This document shows, piece after piece, positions 1-7,608 of a stretch of DNA of 34,990 bases (position 1 is its first letter; the number at the start of each line of letters is the position of its first letter). The stretch is from the IMG/VR virus record IMGVR_UViG_3300032283_000325, positions 1 through 34,990 of that record; one strand, written 5' to 3'. The notes under the pieces were generated by a model that was not told where the DNA came from, did no database searches, and saw nothing but the letters and a program-made list of their open reading frames with translations. The position numbers and the translations under genes are program-made. This stretch comes from a virus. Taxonomy: Duplodnaviria; Caudoviricetes.

Positions 1-153
1 CGTGGCGATGTCTTGTTCTTCTCGTTGCATTTCATCAAGTGAGCAATCGCAATGTTTGCACACAAAGCCGCGCAGATAATCCTTGCGGACCAGTTGCCCA
101 TCGTCGCAATGTTCACACCACGACGTAAGTTGTTGATATTTGCGCTTGTTCAT
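1..153 (-). CDS. Small Zn-ribbon-like protein, truncated by the window edge
   Basis: Manual translation from ATG at 153: MNKRKYQQLTSWCEHCDDGQLVRKDYLRGFVCKHCDCSLDEMQREEQDIAT..., with two CxxC motifs; not in the ORF track. Confidence 0.6.
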   Translation of the reverse strand, partial: MNKRKYQQLTSWCEHCDDGQLVRKDYLRGFVCKHCDCSLDEMQREEQDIAT

Positions 154-191
154 GATGGGTGGGAAAGGGGCGGTCGCTCACCCCGGTTGAT

Positions 192-413
192 TTAGCAAGC
201 GGGTGGACGGTTTCCGTGGGCTGCATACGCATCCGCGACACGGGCGCGCTGCTCAAGTTGAGCATCGACACATTGCTGAAAGATCACTTCATCGGGTGCT
301 TGGTTTGCGCGTGCCAAGGCAAGAAGCGTGTTCCACGTTGAAACGCGAAGAGCCTCTAGCTCCGCGGCAGGCATTTCGTAGTACGGGCGGTCGATGATGA
401 TGGGCTTGGTCAT
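192..413 (-). CDS. Hypothetical protein, 73 aa (MTKPIIIDRP...)
   Basis: Internal ATG of ORF 192..659, preceded by an AAGGAA SD just after the stop of 433..741. Confidence 0.65.
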   Translation of the reverse strand: MTKPIIIDRPYYEMPAAELEALRVSTWNTLLALARANQAPDEVIFQQCVDAQLEQRARVADAYAAHGNRPPAC

Positions 414-432
414 GGCTTGATTCCTTTGCGGG

Positions 433-741
433 TTAGGCGTTGTTGGAATTGATGATGTCACGGCAGATTGCTTCGACGGCCTGCTTCTGCGTGTATTGCA
501 GAACCCGAAACGTGCGTCCGGCAATCTCAATCGTTGCCTTCCAACCCGCAAACCCGCCGCCGAAACTTCCCTGCGGGTTGTATGCCTTTCGCAGCAGGAC
601 GGTGTAACCGACCGGGCAAATGTTGTTTGGGTTGTAACTGTCGATCCACACATGAGCAAACGGGTTGGCGCGAGATGCGGAGCGACGATAAATTTGGATG
701 GTTACTGCGCGGCTGTGAATGATGGTTTCGGTGGTCTTCAT
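433..741 (-). CDS. Hypothetical early protein, 102 aa
   Basis: GAGGAG SD upstream; lies downstream of the promoter at 797-824. Confidence 0.75.
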   Translation of the reverse strand: MKTTETIIHSRAVTIQIYRRSASRANPFAHVWIDSYNPNNICPVGYTVLLRKAYNPQGSFGGGFAGWKATIEIAGRTFRVLQYTQKQAVEAICRDIINSNNA

Positions 742-796
742 GGCTGTCTCCTCGTTGTGTCGCGCTTGCGCAACGTGCGTTCCTGCGACACGGTGA

Positions 797-824
797 ATGA
801 TAGCCCCGCGTATACGCCTGTCAA
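797..824 (-). promoter_or_regulatory. Sigma70-type promoter TTGACA-N16-TATCAT, with palindrome GCGTATACGC in the spacer
   Basis: Near-consensus hexamers read directly, upstream of gene 433..741. Confidence 0.7.
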
Positions 825-941
825 GGGGGTAGCACGGATATTTCGTAGAATTATTTGAGGCCGTAGGACGGCCCCTACGGGGCAGGGGGCGCGGGATGCC
901 CTTTCGGCCGTCCGGGCGGGGCGGACGCGTCCCGGGGCAAC

Positions 942-1247
942 CTAGGCGGCTTGCGGCGGCGCTGGGGGATCTTCGGCCACCCCGAAGTCGTTAGCCGTGG
1001 CCGCCCACACGATCCGGGGCGTGCCGGCCCCAAGCCACTCCTGCTCGATCTGATCGGCCACAAACGCCTTCGCATCGCGGTGGCTCATGCCGTCATTGTC
1101 CCGGAGGCGAGCTGCAATCATGTCCGCCGAATAGACGGCGACCGGGATGCCGCGCTCCCCGCTACGGGGGTAGGACACCCCGAGAAGGCAGTCATCGAAG
1201 CCGGATAGAAGTATGGCGGCTACGCGCCGGCGCTTGCCCATGTGCAT
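942..1247 (-). CDS. Conserved phage hypothetical protein
   Basis: Pattern GFDDCLLGV...VAVYS...DGMS..DA..F...WLGAGTP resembles a small family common in environmental phages; GGAGG SD; alternative start at 1241. Confidence 0.7.
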   Translation of the reverse strand: MHMGKRRRVAAILLSGFDDCLLGVSYPRSGERGIPVAVYSADMIAARLRDNDGMSHRDAKAFVADQIEQEWLGAGTPRIVWAATANDFGVAEDPPAPPQAA

Positions 1248-1251
1248 GAGT

Positions 1252-1704
1252 CTACCTCCGGGGTGCGGGGTTCTTGCGGCAATAGTCCAGCGCGACCGCC
1301 AGTACGCGGTGCGTGTCGGGGCTGATGCCGAGGCGCTCTTGGGCCGCTTCGATCTCCGCAGCGGTTGCGGTCTTTAGCACCCCCTTGGCCCACGCATCCC
1401 AATCCGCGTAGTCCTGTGCGGTCGGGCCTTGCAAGGAGGTCGCATCGCGCCGAGTCTGTACGACTTCGCCCCGCGCAAGGACATCGGCCTGCGGCACAAT
1501 CGCGCAATATGCTTTATGAATCGCCGCTACGTCCGGCTTCGTGTCGCGCTCGAGGCGGTGCTGGCGGATGCAATCGCGCAGCTTGTCCTGGTGCAGCGAA
1601 CCCCACCGCTCATTCAAGAGCCGCGACAATTCAGGCTCAAGCGTCCACTTCGGCCACAGTTCCCCCATCAGATTCCGATTGTCCATCCAGGTGATCGTTT
1701 GCAT
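1252..1704 (-). CDS. Hypothetical protein, possibly replication-associated (helicase loader/inhibitor-like)
   Basis: ORF from ATG 1704 (MQTITWMDNRNLMGELWPKW...KPDVAAI); the function is a weak resemblance only. Confidence 0.55.
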   Translation of the reverse strand: MQTITWMDNRNLMGELWPKWTLEPELSRLLNERWGSLHQDKLRDCIRQHRLERDTKPDVAAIHKAYCAIVPQADVLARGEVVQTRRDATSLQGPTAQDYADWDAWAKGVLKTATAAEIEAAQERLGISPDTHRVLAVALDYCRKNPAPRR

Positions 1705-1711
1705 ACGCCGG

Positions 1712-1741
1712 AGTATACGGACAGGCACTCCCGGCTGTCAA
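1712..1741 (-). promoter_or_regulatory. Promoter TTGACA-N18-TATACT giving a probable leaderless mRNA at ATG 1704
   Basis: The -10 hexamer ends 7 nt before the ATG; no SD. Confidence 0.65.
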
Positions 1742-1799
1742 CGTGGGGAAGGACGTTCAGAAGAGAACGAGCGGATGTATTTACAAAGAAGTGAATTCG

Positions 1800-2165
1800 A
1801 TCCGGCCTTTCGCGCCGCCGCTCTGCTGCGCTCCGCAGGTGCTCCGCTCCGCGGCGGCTGATCGCAGGGGCCGTTCGGGCTGTATCAGTTCGCATGGTGA
1901 GCGCGAGGGAAGCATGACCCCACAAAGGGGGCCACGTTCAACCAGCCCGCACGGAGCCGCGCATCGGTCGAAGCCACGAATTTCACCATTTCGCTGGAGG
2001 ATTGCCAGCCGCTACCTTCGTGGGGGAGCGCACCTTTCGGTGGCGCGGGGTAGGGTCAGACACCCGCGACTACTTCCATGCTCCCCTACCGCGCCGGGAA
2101 CGTGTTGCGGCATTCTTGACCCGCAGGCCATTCGCGCTAGAATGCGAGCGCGCAGGATTTCAGCA
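1800..2165 (-). ncRNA. Candidate large structured non-coding RNA (or structured ssDNA / origin element)
   Basis: Long-range stem 2077-2094 with 1901-1916 (G-U wobble on the minus strand), GAAA-capped hairpin at about 2027-2046, nested CCACGAA/TTCGTGG stem, upstream promoter, no convincing ORF. Confidence 0.5.
2116..2143 (+). promoter_or_regulatory. Promoter TTGACC-N16-TAGAAT
   Basis: Near-consensus hexamers in a non-coding region. Confidence 0.55.
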
Positions 2166-2171
2166 GCCGGC

Positions 2172-2199
2172 AGTCTACCACCCTCGGGCAAGATTGCAA
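2172..2199 (-). promoter_or_regulatory. Promoter TTGCAA-N16-TAGACT with extended -10 (TGn)
   Basis: Hexamers read on the minus strand; faces the plus-strand promoter at 2116-2143. Confidence 0.5.
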
Positions 2200-2203
2200 G
2201 CGC

Positions 2204-2242
2204 AAGAAACGGCGTGGGTTTCGGCCCACGCCGTTTTCATTT
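2204..2242. terminator. Intrinsic terminator, probably bidirectional
   Basis: AAACGGCGTGGG-tttcgg-CCCACGCCGTTT inverted repeat with T-runs on both strands. Confidence 0.8.
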
Positions 2243-2268
2243 GACATCGCAATACGCCGCGCTATCCT
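2241..2268 (+). promoter_or_regulatory. Promoter TTGACA-N16-TATCCT
   Basis: Perfect -35; predicted start at about 2275 coincides with the first base of a stem. Confidence 0.6.
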
Positions 2269-2274
2269 GCGCTC

Positions 2275-2380
2275 GTCGGGCGTTTGTTTTTGCGATGGTC
2301 TGCGAGTGCAGCCCATGCCCGACAATTTAGCCCCCGGAAGCGCGGCGCGTTGATCGCAAGATCCGCGCCGTGTTCTTTTC
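2275..2380 (+). ncRNA. Candidate ~105-nt small RNA with its own promoter and terminator
   Basis: Stem GTCGGGCGT (2275-2283) / ATGCCCGAC (2315-2323), then GCAA-capped terminator hairpin (2340-2373) and TTCTTTT. Confidence 0.5.
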
Positions 2381-2448
2381 CGGCCCCGGAAAACCGCGTG
2401 TACGCGGAATCGACACATCCAAATAACGTGTACGAAAGTGCTACATAT

Positions 2449-2641
2449 TTGAACATCTGTGGCGGGTTCGATCCAGCGGACAGCAGCGCGTGCTTTCAGC
2501 ATCGCGCCCTGCCCTGGCGGTAGGTTTCATTACCCCATTGCTGTATACGCCGGCGGTCGTGCCTTACGGTCTTGTGCGCCGGCACAAGTGGGAATCGCGC
2601 CTTGGCCTTCGGCCTACTACACCCACATCACCGCAGCTCAA
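2449..2641 (-). ncRNA. Candidate ~190-nt multi-stem RNA downstream of the zincin-like gene
   Basis: Closing TTGAGC/GTTCAA pairing; hairpins GGCC-GAA-GGCC, CTTGTGC-CGGC-GCACAAG, CC-GTAA-GG and GCGCGATGCTGAAAGCACGCGC. Confidence 0.4.
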
Positions 2642-2649
2642 GTGTACCC

Positions 2650-2931
2650 CTACACAACGGGCTTGCCGTCAACAATTCGGCGATACCCAAGCCGCCACAG
2701 AAGGTGCGCGATGTCGGTGGCGGTCGATGCCACGGCCTCCTCGTCTAGCTCCGGGCGGATCGCGTGGATGGCTTCGTGGATGGTGGTGTCCATCCTGTCC
2801 TTCTCACACGGCCAGGTTGCCACGCGAATGAGGCGGCCAGCGGCCTTGCCGGGGTCGATCATGTCCCCGAAGTCCCTCATGTTCGACGCGAAGCGCAGCG
2901 TCCAGTATTTGCCACCGAGTCGAACTCGCAT
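2650..2931 (-). CDS. Small HExxH zincin-like metallopeptidase-fold protein, 93 aa
   Basis: TTIHEAIHAIRPELDEEAV motif; ATG directly after the phosphoesterase stop. Confidence 0.75.
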   Translation of the reverse strand: MRVRLGGKYWTLRFASNMRDFGDMIDPGKAAGRLIRVATWPCEKDRMDTTIHEAIHAIRPELDEEAVASTATDIAHLLWRLGYRRIVDGKPVV

Positions 2932-2933
2932 GG

Positions 2934-3845
2934 TTAATCCGTGAGTACGAAGGATGGGGTGAGGGTATAGCGCATCGCAATCTTGCCGCTGCGCTTCCTG
3001 TAGGTTTCGCGGGAGAAGTAAACACGCATCCAAACCGCGCCCATGTCGTGCGGGGGATGACCGGACTCGTTTGCCCAGCCCGAGAAGTTGTCGTTGAACT
3101 CGTCCTTGTACGTCCCGCAGCAAATGTGGTGCTGGGTGTCCTGCACCACGCGCACCCCGTCACGGTCGCCCACCAGGCGCTCGCGCCGCAGCGGCATGAT
3201 CCACCGTCGATGAATGTGGCCCGTGCAGACAATGTCTGCGTCCGGCATCACAGCGGCATCGCGGCGGACGCGGAGCGTGCCGTGGCTCATTAGCGCGCCG
3301 CCACCAGCTCCGTGGAAATACTTGAGCGTGAGGCCGTGACGTTCGCTCTGACGATGGCATTGGAAGCGCACCCATCCACCGTATCCGCCAGGATACACCT
3401 TGTGCTTCGTCTGTTCGCTCATGCGTTCGCAAAGACGTTCGGTGTAGTCCGTGTCGCAGTTCTTGAGTACCGACTGCTCATGGTTGCCCCTGGTGATCAA
3501 GCAGATGTTCCGCGCATACGGGGCATAGAACTTCGCCGCGTTGCGGATCACGCTGTCCAAGTAGTCAGTCGCCAGCTCGTCCTCCTCGTGAACGCCACGG
3601 CGCGCTCTGCGCGGGTCGTACCGCCCTTGCATCAAACAGCCAGTATCTCCAAAGAAGAACGCGCCGGCGCGACGCTGAACGCATTCGTCTAGGTGCTTCA
3701 CCTCGAGGTCGCGGTTGCAATGTGGGTTGTCGTGGTGGCGGTCTGACGAAAGCAGGAACCACCACTCATCCGCATAGGAAGTGAACTTCAGATCCACGGT
3801 GTGGATGTTGCGAGACTCCTGCGCCACAGAGAACGGGAGATCCAT
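2934..3845 (-). CDS. Calcineurin-like metallophosphoesterase
   Basis: Motifs SDRH, GD, RGNHE, YFHG and GHIH in the canonical order. Confidence 0.85.
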   Translation of the reverse strand: MDLPFSVAQESRNIHTVDLKFTSYADEWWFLLSSDRHHDNPHCNRDLEVKHLDECVQRRAGAFFFGDTGCLMQGRYDPRRARRGVHEEDELATDYLDSVIRNAAKFYAPYARNICLITRGNHEQSVLKNCDTDYTERLCERMSEQTKHKVYPGGYGGWVRFQCHRQSERHGLTLKYFHGAGGGALMSHGTLRVRRDAAVMPDADIVCTGHIHRRWIMPLRRERLVGDRDGVRVVQDTQHHICCGTYKDEFNDNFSGWANESGHPPHDMGAVWMRVYFSRETYRKRSGKIAMRYTLTPSFVLTD

Positions 3846-3922
3846 GCCCCGCCACGCTATCGGGGTCTGATTGCCTCGCCGCAAAAAAGAAAAAAGTGGT
3901 CGGATTTCTTACAGCCGGGGGC

Positions 3923-3951
3923 TTGCGCCTGCCGATACCGATGCGTATAAC
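3923..3951 (+). promoter_or_regulatory. Promoter TTGCGC-N17-TATAAC for the plus-strand operon, with an upstream A-tract
   Basis: Divergent intergenic region; A-run at 3883-3896 is UP-element-like. Confidence 0.6.
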
Positions 3952-4006
3952 ACCCCCAAGCGGTGGACGCACGTTGCGGAAGCCGCGAAATCACGAGGAG
4001 ATTGCA

Positions 4007-4258
4007 ATGAAGATCAAGGTCACCGTCGAAGATGCCCTGAACAACCACCCCACCCTTGGCCGGATCTACGGGGATGTGCTGCTTGCCTGCGCTCGGGAAT
4101 TGTCTGATGCCGTCAGCCAGGAAGTCCTCCGTACCCACGCCGACTTCCACCACATCGATCCGGACAACGAGGCCGCGTGGCAGGATGCGCTTGACCGCCG
4201 CGACACCGCCGACCGGATGTTCCTCACCGTCCATGCCAAGACGGAGGTGATCCTGTGA
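4007..4258 (+). CDS. Hypothetical protein, 83 aa
   Basis: GAGGAG SD before ATG 4007; GTGA overlap with the next gene. Confidence 0.75.
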   Translation: MKIKVTVEDALNNHPTLGRIYGDVLLACARELSDAVSQEVLRTHADFHHIDPDNEAAWQDALDRRDTADRMFLTVHAKTEVIL

Positions 4259-4572
4259 GCGCACGACGAACCGACCCGTGGACTTCCCACGCCGCCGCCG
4301 ACAGCATGGTCGTTCCCGCCAAGGGGATGCAGGCCAAGTTGCTTGAGGCGTACCGCGCCAGCCCGAACGGGCTGACCGATGAGGAGGCGGCGACAGCCGC
4401 GGGCCTCCCAATCGGTGCGTGGAAGCGATGTAGCGAGCTGCGTACCAAGGGTCTCATCACTTGGACCGGGGCTACCCGCGTAGCCTCAAGCGGTCGCCAC
4501 GCACAGGTGTGCGTCCTGTCGCGGCCCAACCCCACAACCCTCTTCCCCATGCCCGAGGAATACCGATGGTGA
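4255..4572 (+). CDS. Winged-HTH-like phage DNA-binding protein
   Basis: ARRTDPWTSHAAA...GLTDEEAA...WKRCSEL...TR...SGR pattern. Confidence 0.7.
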   Translation: MSARRTDPWTSHAAADSMVVPAKGMQAKLLEAYRASPNGLTDEEAATAAGLPIGAWKRCSELRTKGLITWTGATRVASSGRHAQVCVLSRPNPTTLFPMPEEYRW

Positions 4573-4895
4573 GCAACGAAGATAGCCGCGGGATCTTCAC
4601 CCGCATTCATGCCGTGACGATGTCTGCTGACCTGTTCCCCGCGGGCGATTCCGCGGGCGAATACGTTGCCTCCAAGACCGTGGAGGTCACGATCTTGGCG
4701 CGCTGGCAGCGCACGCCCACCGATCCTCGCCTATTGGATTGGAGCCTGATTGCCATGTCGCTTGACGGCGTGGCGCTGTCTGAGGAGGTCGGCATTCCGT
4801 CCGACTTCCCCATGCAGCAGCTCGTGAATGCTGCCACGGTCTCGAGCAAGATGCGGCGCATCCTTGAAGGCCACGGGCCGGGGGTGATCGCATGA
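4566..4895 (+). CDS. Hypothetical protein
   Basis: Overlap-coupled to both neighbours; start at 4566 or 4569. Confidence 0.65.
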   Translation: MVSNEDSRGIFTRIHAVTMSADLFPAGDSAGEYVASKTVEVTILARWQRTPTDPRLLDWSLIAMSLDGVALSEEVGIPSDFPMQQLVNAATVSSKMRRILEGHGPGVIA

Positions 4896-5878
4896 GTGCA
4901 TCACGAATCTTGACGGGCGACTGTCTTTCCATCCTTCCTACCTTGCCCGACCATTCGGTGAATTGCTGCGTGACAAGCCCGCCATACTTTGGCCTGCGCG
5001 ATTACGGTCACGATGGTCAGATTGGTCTAGAACCAACACCCGACGAGTACGTTTCCAAGATGGTGCAGTTGTTCCGTGAGGTGCGCCGCGTGCTGCGCGA
5101 TGACGGAACGCTGTGGCTCAACCTGGGGGATTCATATTCCGCAGGAGGTCGCGGAGGAGGTGCGAAAGGATCAATTCAGAGCGGAAACATTGGTTCCATG
5201 ACCGGAAGCGTTTTTGACGCATGGAAGGTTCCCGGATTCAAGCCAAAAAATCTGCTTGGCATTCCGTGGCGGGTTGCGCTTGCGCTTCAAGCTGACGGCT
5301 GGTATTTGCGGCAGGACATCATTTGGCACAAGCCAAACCCCATGCCGGAAAGCGTGACAGACCGCTGCACCAAGGCGCATGAATACATCTTCTTGCTTTC
5401 CAAGTCGGAGAAATATCACTTTGACGCGGAAGCGATTGCCGAGCCAGCGGCAAATCCTGAAGGCTTCAAATATGAAGGTGGCTATCAAGAAATGATGCAG
5501 CACAACGAACGAGAAGGTCGTTTGCGAGCTGACGGATCAACGGCCCAGCATTCAAGAACAGAAACAGGCGCTGTTCCTCATTTTGCGTCAGGACATGGCG
5601 ACAAAAGAAATAAACGAAGCGTGTGGACAGTAAGTCCAAAACCTTTCAAGGGCGCACACTTTGCCACGTTTCCCACGGAGCTAATTTTGCCGTGCGTGTT
5701 GGCGGGATGTCCTGCTGGTGGAACGGTTCTTGACCCGTTCAATGGAGCTGGTACGAGCGGCCTTGTAGCCCTGTCCAACGGTCGAAACTACGTTGGCATC
5801 GAACTGAATCCTGAATACGTTGCTTTGAGCATGGAACGCATGGGCGTGCTTTCTTCTTTGATTGAGGTGACCGCATGA
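4892..5878 (+). CDS. Orphan DNA methyltransferase (N4-C/N6-A, beta class)
   Basis: Catalytic TSPPY near the N-terminus, HFATFP, SAM-binding LDPFNGAGT, GIELNPEY. Confidence 0.95.
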   Translation: MSASRILTGDCLSILPTLPDHSVNCCVTSPPYFGLRDYGHDGQIGLEPTPDEYVSKMVQLFREVRRVLRDDGTLWLNLGDSYSAGGRGGGAKGSIQSGNIGSMTGSVFDAWKVPGFKPKNLLGIPWRVALALQADGWYLRQDIIWHKPNPMPESVTDRCTKAHEYIFLLSKSEKYHFDAEAIAEPAANPEGFKYEGGYQEMMQHNEREGRLRADGSTAQHSRTETGAVPHFASGHGDKRNKRSVWTVSPKPFKGAHFATFPTELILPCVLAGCPAGGTVLDPFNGAGTSGLVALSNGRNYVGIELNPEYVALSMERMGVLSSLIEVTA

Positions 5879-6279
5879 CTACCGAAAACCGTTGGGCTAC
5901 GCCCACCATCTTGGAAGTGCAATGGAGGTTGGACGGACTGCCGAACTACGTTGACGAGGATTCCATTGCGGCCACCCTTGCCATGCCAGCGACCAACAAG
6001 GATGGCGTTCCTGCCATCGCTGCCATCGGGTGCGCGCCGTTGGACAACATCACCAGCACCCAGGAGGACTATTTCCCGGTGCGGTATTGGCTTTGTCACG
6101 CGCTGCTTGTGGACATTGGCGAGAGCAAGCGCCAGGATGCCGTGATTGCCACGCGCATCTCGAGCGTAGCAATGTGGGAACCAGGCGACACCGCCGACAG
6201 CGTCCGCACGGAGTACCTTGGCCGCGTGGTGTCGTTTGTGGCCGACAGCCTCAAGGCGATGGAGGTGGGCGATGGTTGA
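5875..6279 (+). CDS. Hypothetical protein, 134 aa
   Basis: ATGA overlap, GAGGTG SD. Confidence 0.7.
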   Translation: MTTENRWATPTILEVQWRLDGLPNYVDEDSIAATLAMPATNKDGVPAIAAIGCAPLDNITSTQEDYFPVRYWLCHALLVDIGESKRQDAVIATRISSVAMWEPGDTADSVRTEYLGRVVSFVADSLKAMEVGDG

Positions 6280-6457
6280 CATCGCTCATCAGAAGCTGCT
6301 AGCGATCACGGTGAGGCCATCTACCCAGGTGGTGTTCTCCGATGCGACCGGGCGCGACATTGCCGCCATCGTCATCAACGACAAGCACCCGCACATTGCG
6401 CGGTTGGTGTTCAAGGTGTCGGCAGACATCAAGATCCGAAGGGAGGTTGCAGAATGA
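6272..6457 (+). CDS. CsrA/RsmA-like small protein, 61 aa, divergent
   Basis: LAITVRPSTQVVF...ARLVFKVSADIKIRRE parallels CsrA LILTRRVGETLMI...VRIGVNAPKEVSVHRE; GGAGG SD. Confidence 0.5.
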   Translation: MVDIAHQKLLAITVRPSTQVVFSDATGRDIAAIVINDKHPHIARLVFKVSADIKIRREVAE

Positions 6458-6750
6458 GGCGTACCGCAGAATCCGTCCGCGCCGGCATCGTTGCCGACGA
6501 GGCCGCCGGGATGCAGCCCAAGGCCATCGCCATCAAATGGGGGGTGCATCGGTCCACGGTCAGCCGCCTTGTGGGGATCAAGCGCAAGGTGACATTGCAA
6601 CAGGCTGCGTCCGTCCTGTCGGCGCATCGTCGCGGGGTCAGCAAGGCCATCATCGCTGCGGAGCTAGGAGTGTCCGTCAGCGCCATCCGCCGCATCCTCC
6701 AAGGAAAGACCGCCGCCGCACGAAAAGCGGCAGGAGGTTTGCATGATTAG
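6454..6750 (+). CDS. Tandem HTH DNA-binding protein
   Basis: Two HTHs: KAIAIKWGVHRSTVSRLV and AIIAAELGVSVSAIRRIL. Confidence 0.8.
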   Translation: MRRTAESVRAGIVADEAAGMQPKAIAIKWGVHRSTVSRLVGIKRKVTLQQAASVLSAHRRGVSKAIIAAELGVSVSAIRRILQGKTAAARKAAGGLHD

Positions 6751-7012
6751 TATCCCCGCCCGTGTACGTTTGCTCCGAAAGGAGGACGGCGCGATGGAAG
6801 ATCCGTGTGTGGATTGGAGAGCGCGGGCGGTTGCCGCGGAGGCCATGCTGGCACGCATGGAGCTGCTGGTCTACAGCGAGCGCCCCACGGTGCAGAATCC
6901 AAACGGCACGACATGGCGCGACCGCGCCATCAGAGCCGAGGAGGAAGCACAGAAGTGCCGCAACGTCCTGCCCACGCATATTGAGCGCATCCTGTATGCG
7001 GGTGAGGGGTAA
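6743..7012 (+). CDS. Hypothetical protein, 89 aa
   Basis: AGGAGG SD; internal WRARAVAAE / WRDRAIRAE duplication. Confidence 0.7.
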   Translation: MISIPARVRLLRKEDGAMEDPCVDWRARAVAAEAMLARMELLVYSERPTVQNPNGTTWRDRAIRAEEEAQKCRNVLPTHIERILYAGEG

Positions 7013-7015
7013 CCA

Positions 7016-7210
7016 ATGCCGCGCCAGGAGGAGGACGAGGACATCGTAGACCGTATCAAGGGCAGCGCGACGACCGACCCCCTCACCATTGAGGCGATGC
7101 ACGAGGTGATTCGCATCCGCCGGGAGATGGCGCGGATCATGCGTACCGGGAATCAACTACAGCAGGAGTTAGAACTTTGCAAGAGCCAGCAGGCCAAGCA
7201 GGCGCGTTGA
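7016..7210 (+). CDS. Small coiled-coil phage protein (DIVxRL...EAxxEIxRLR type)
   Basis: EDIVDRIK...EAMHEVIRIRRE; resembles 34246..34458. Confidence 0.65.
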   Translation: MPRQEEDEDIVDRIKGSATTDPLTIEAMHEVIRIRREMARIMRTGNQLQQELELCKSQQAKQAR

Positions 7211-7608
7211 TGTTTACCGTCCCCGGCGCAGCCGCGCCGCAGGGAAGTAAGACCGTTTTCCGCAGGGGTAGCCGCATCGTCCTTGTGGAGTCAAGCGCCA
7301 AGGTCAAGCCCTACCGCGCCGCCGTGGCGGCAGCAGCCTACGCCGCCGGCGCGACCGTGGTGGACGGCCCGGTCAGCGTGCGCGTGGCGTTCTCGTTCGT
7401 CCGTCCCGCCAGCCATTTCGGGGCGCGTGGGCTGCGGACAGCCGCCCGCACGTTCCCCGGCAAGCCCGATACCGACAAGCTCGTGCGGGCCACGCTAGAC
7501 GCGCTCACGGGCATCGCCTACCGCGACGATGCACAAGTCGTGGAAATTTGGGCCACGAAGGCATACGGGCCGACCGCGCAGACGGTCATCGCTATTTCGG
7601 CCGCTTGA
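7210..7608 (+). CDS. rusA: RusA-family Holliday junction resolvase
   Basis: PQGSK, KPDTDKLVRATLDALTG and YRDDAQVV motifs. Confidence 0.92.
   Translation: MFTVPGAAAPQGSKTVFRRGSRIVLVESSAKVKPYRAAVAAAAYAAGATVVDGPVSVRVAFSFVRPASHFGARGLRTAARTFPGKPDTDKLVRATLDALTGIAYRDDAQVVEIWATKAYGPTAQTVIAISAA

Noticed and set aside
861-940. GC-rich inverted repeats (CCGTAGG/CCTACGG and neighbours) as a terminator
   Set aside because: No adjacent U-tract; at this GC content such pairing may be chance
1950-1990. GAGCCG...GAAG as group II intron domain V
   Set aside because: The arms do not pair as domain V; no GUGYG 5' end and no reverse transcriptase gene
1743-2330. 195-aa plus-strand ORF
   Set aside because: No SD, Arg/Ser/Pro-rich shadow-like composition, and it crosses a strong terminator and promoters
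2458-2478. GGTTCGATCC tRNA T-loop-like motif
   Set aside because: Imperfect T-stem; no D arm, anticodon arm or acceptor stem can be built
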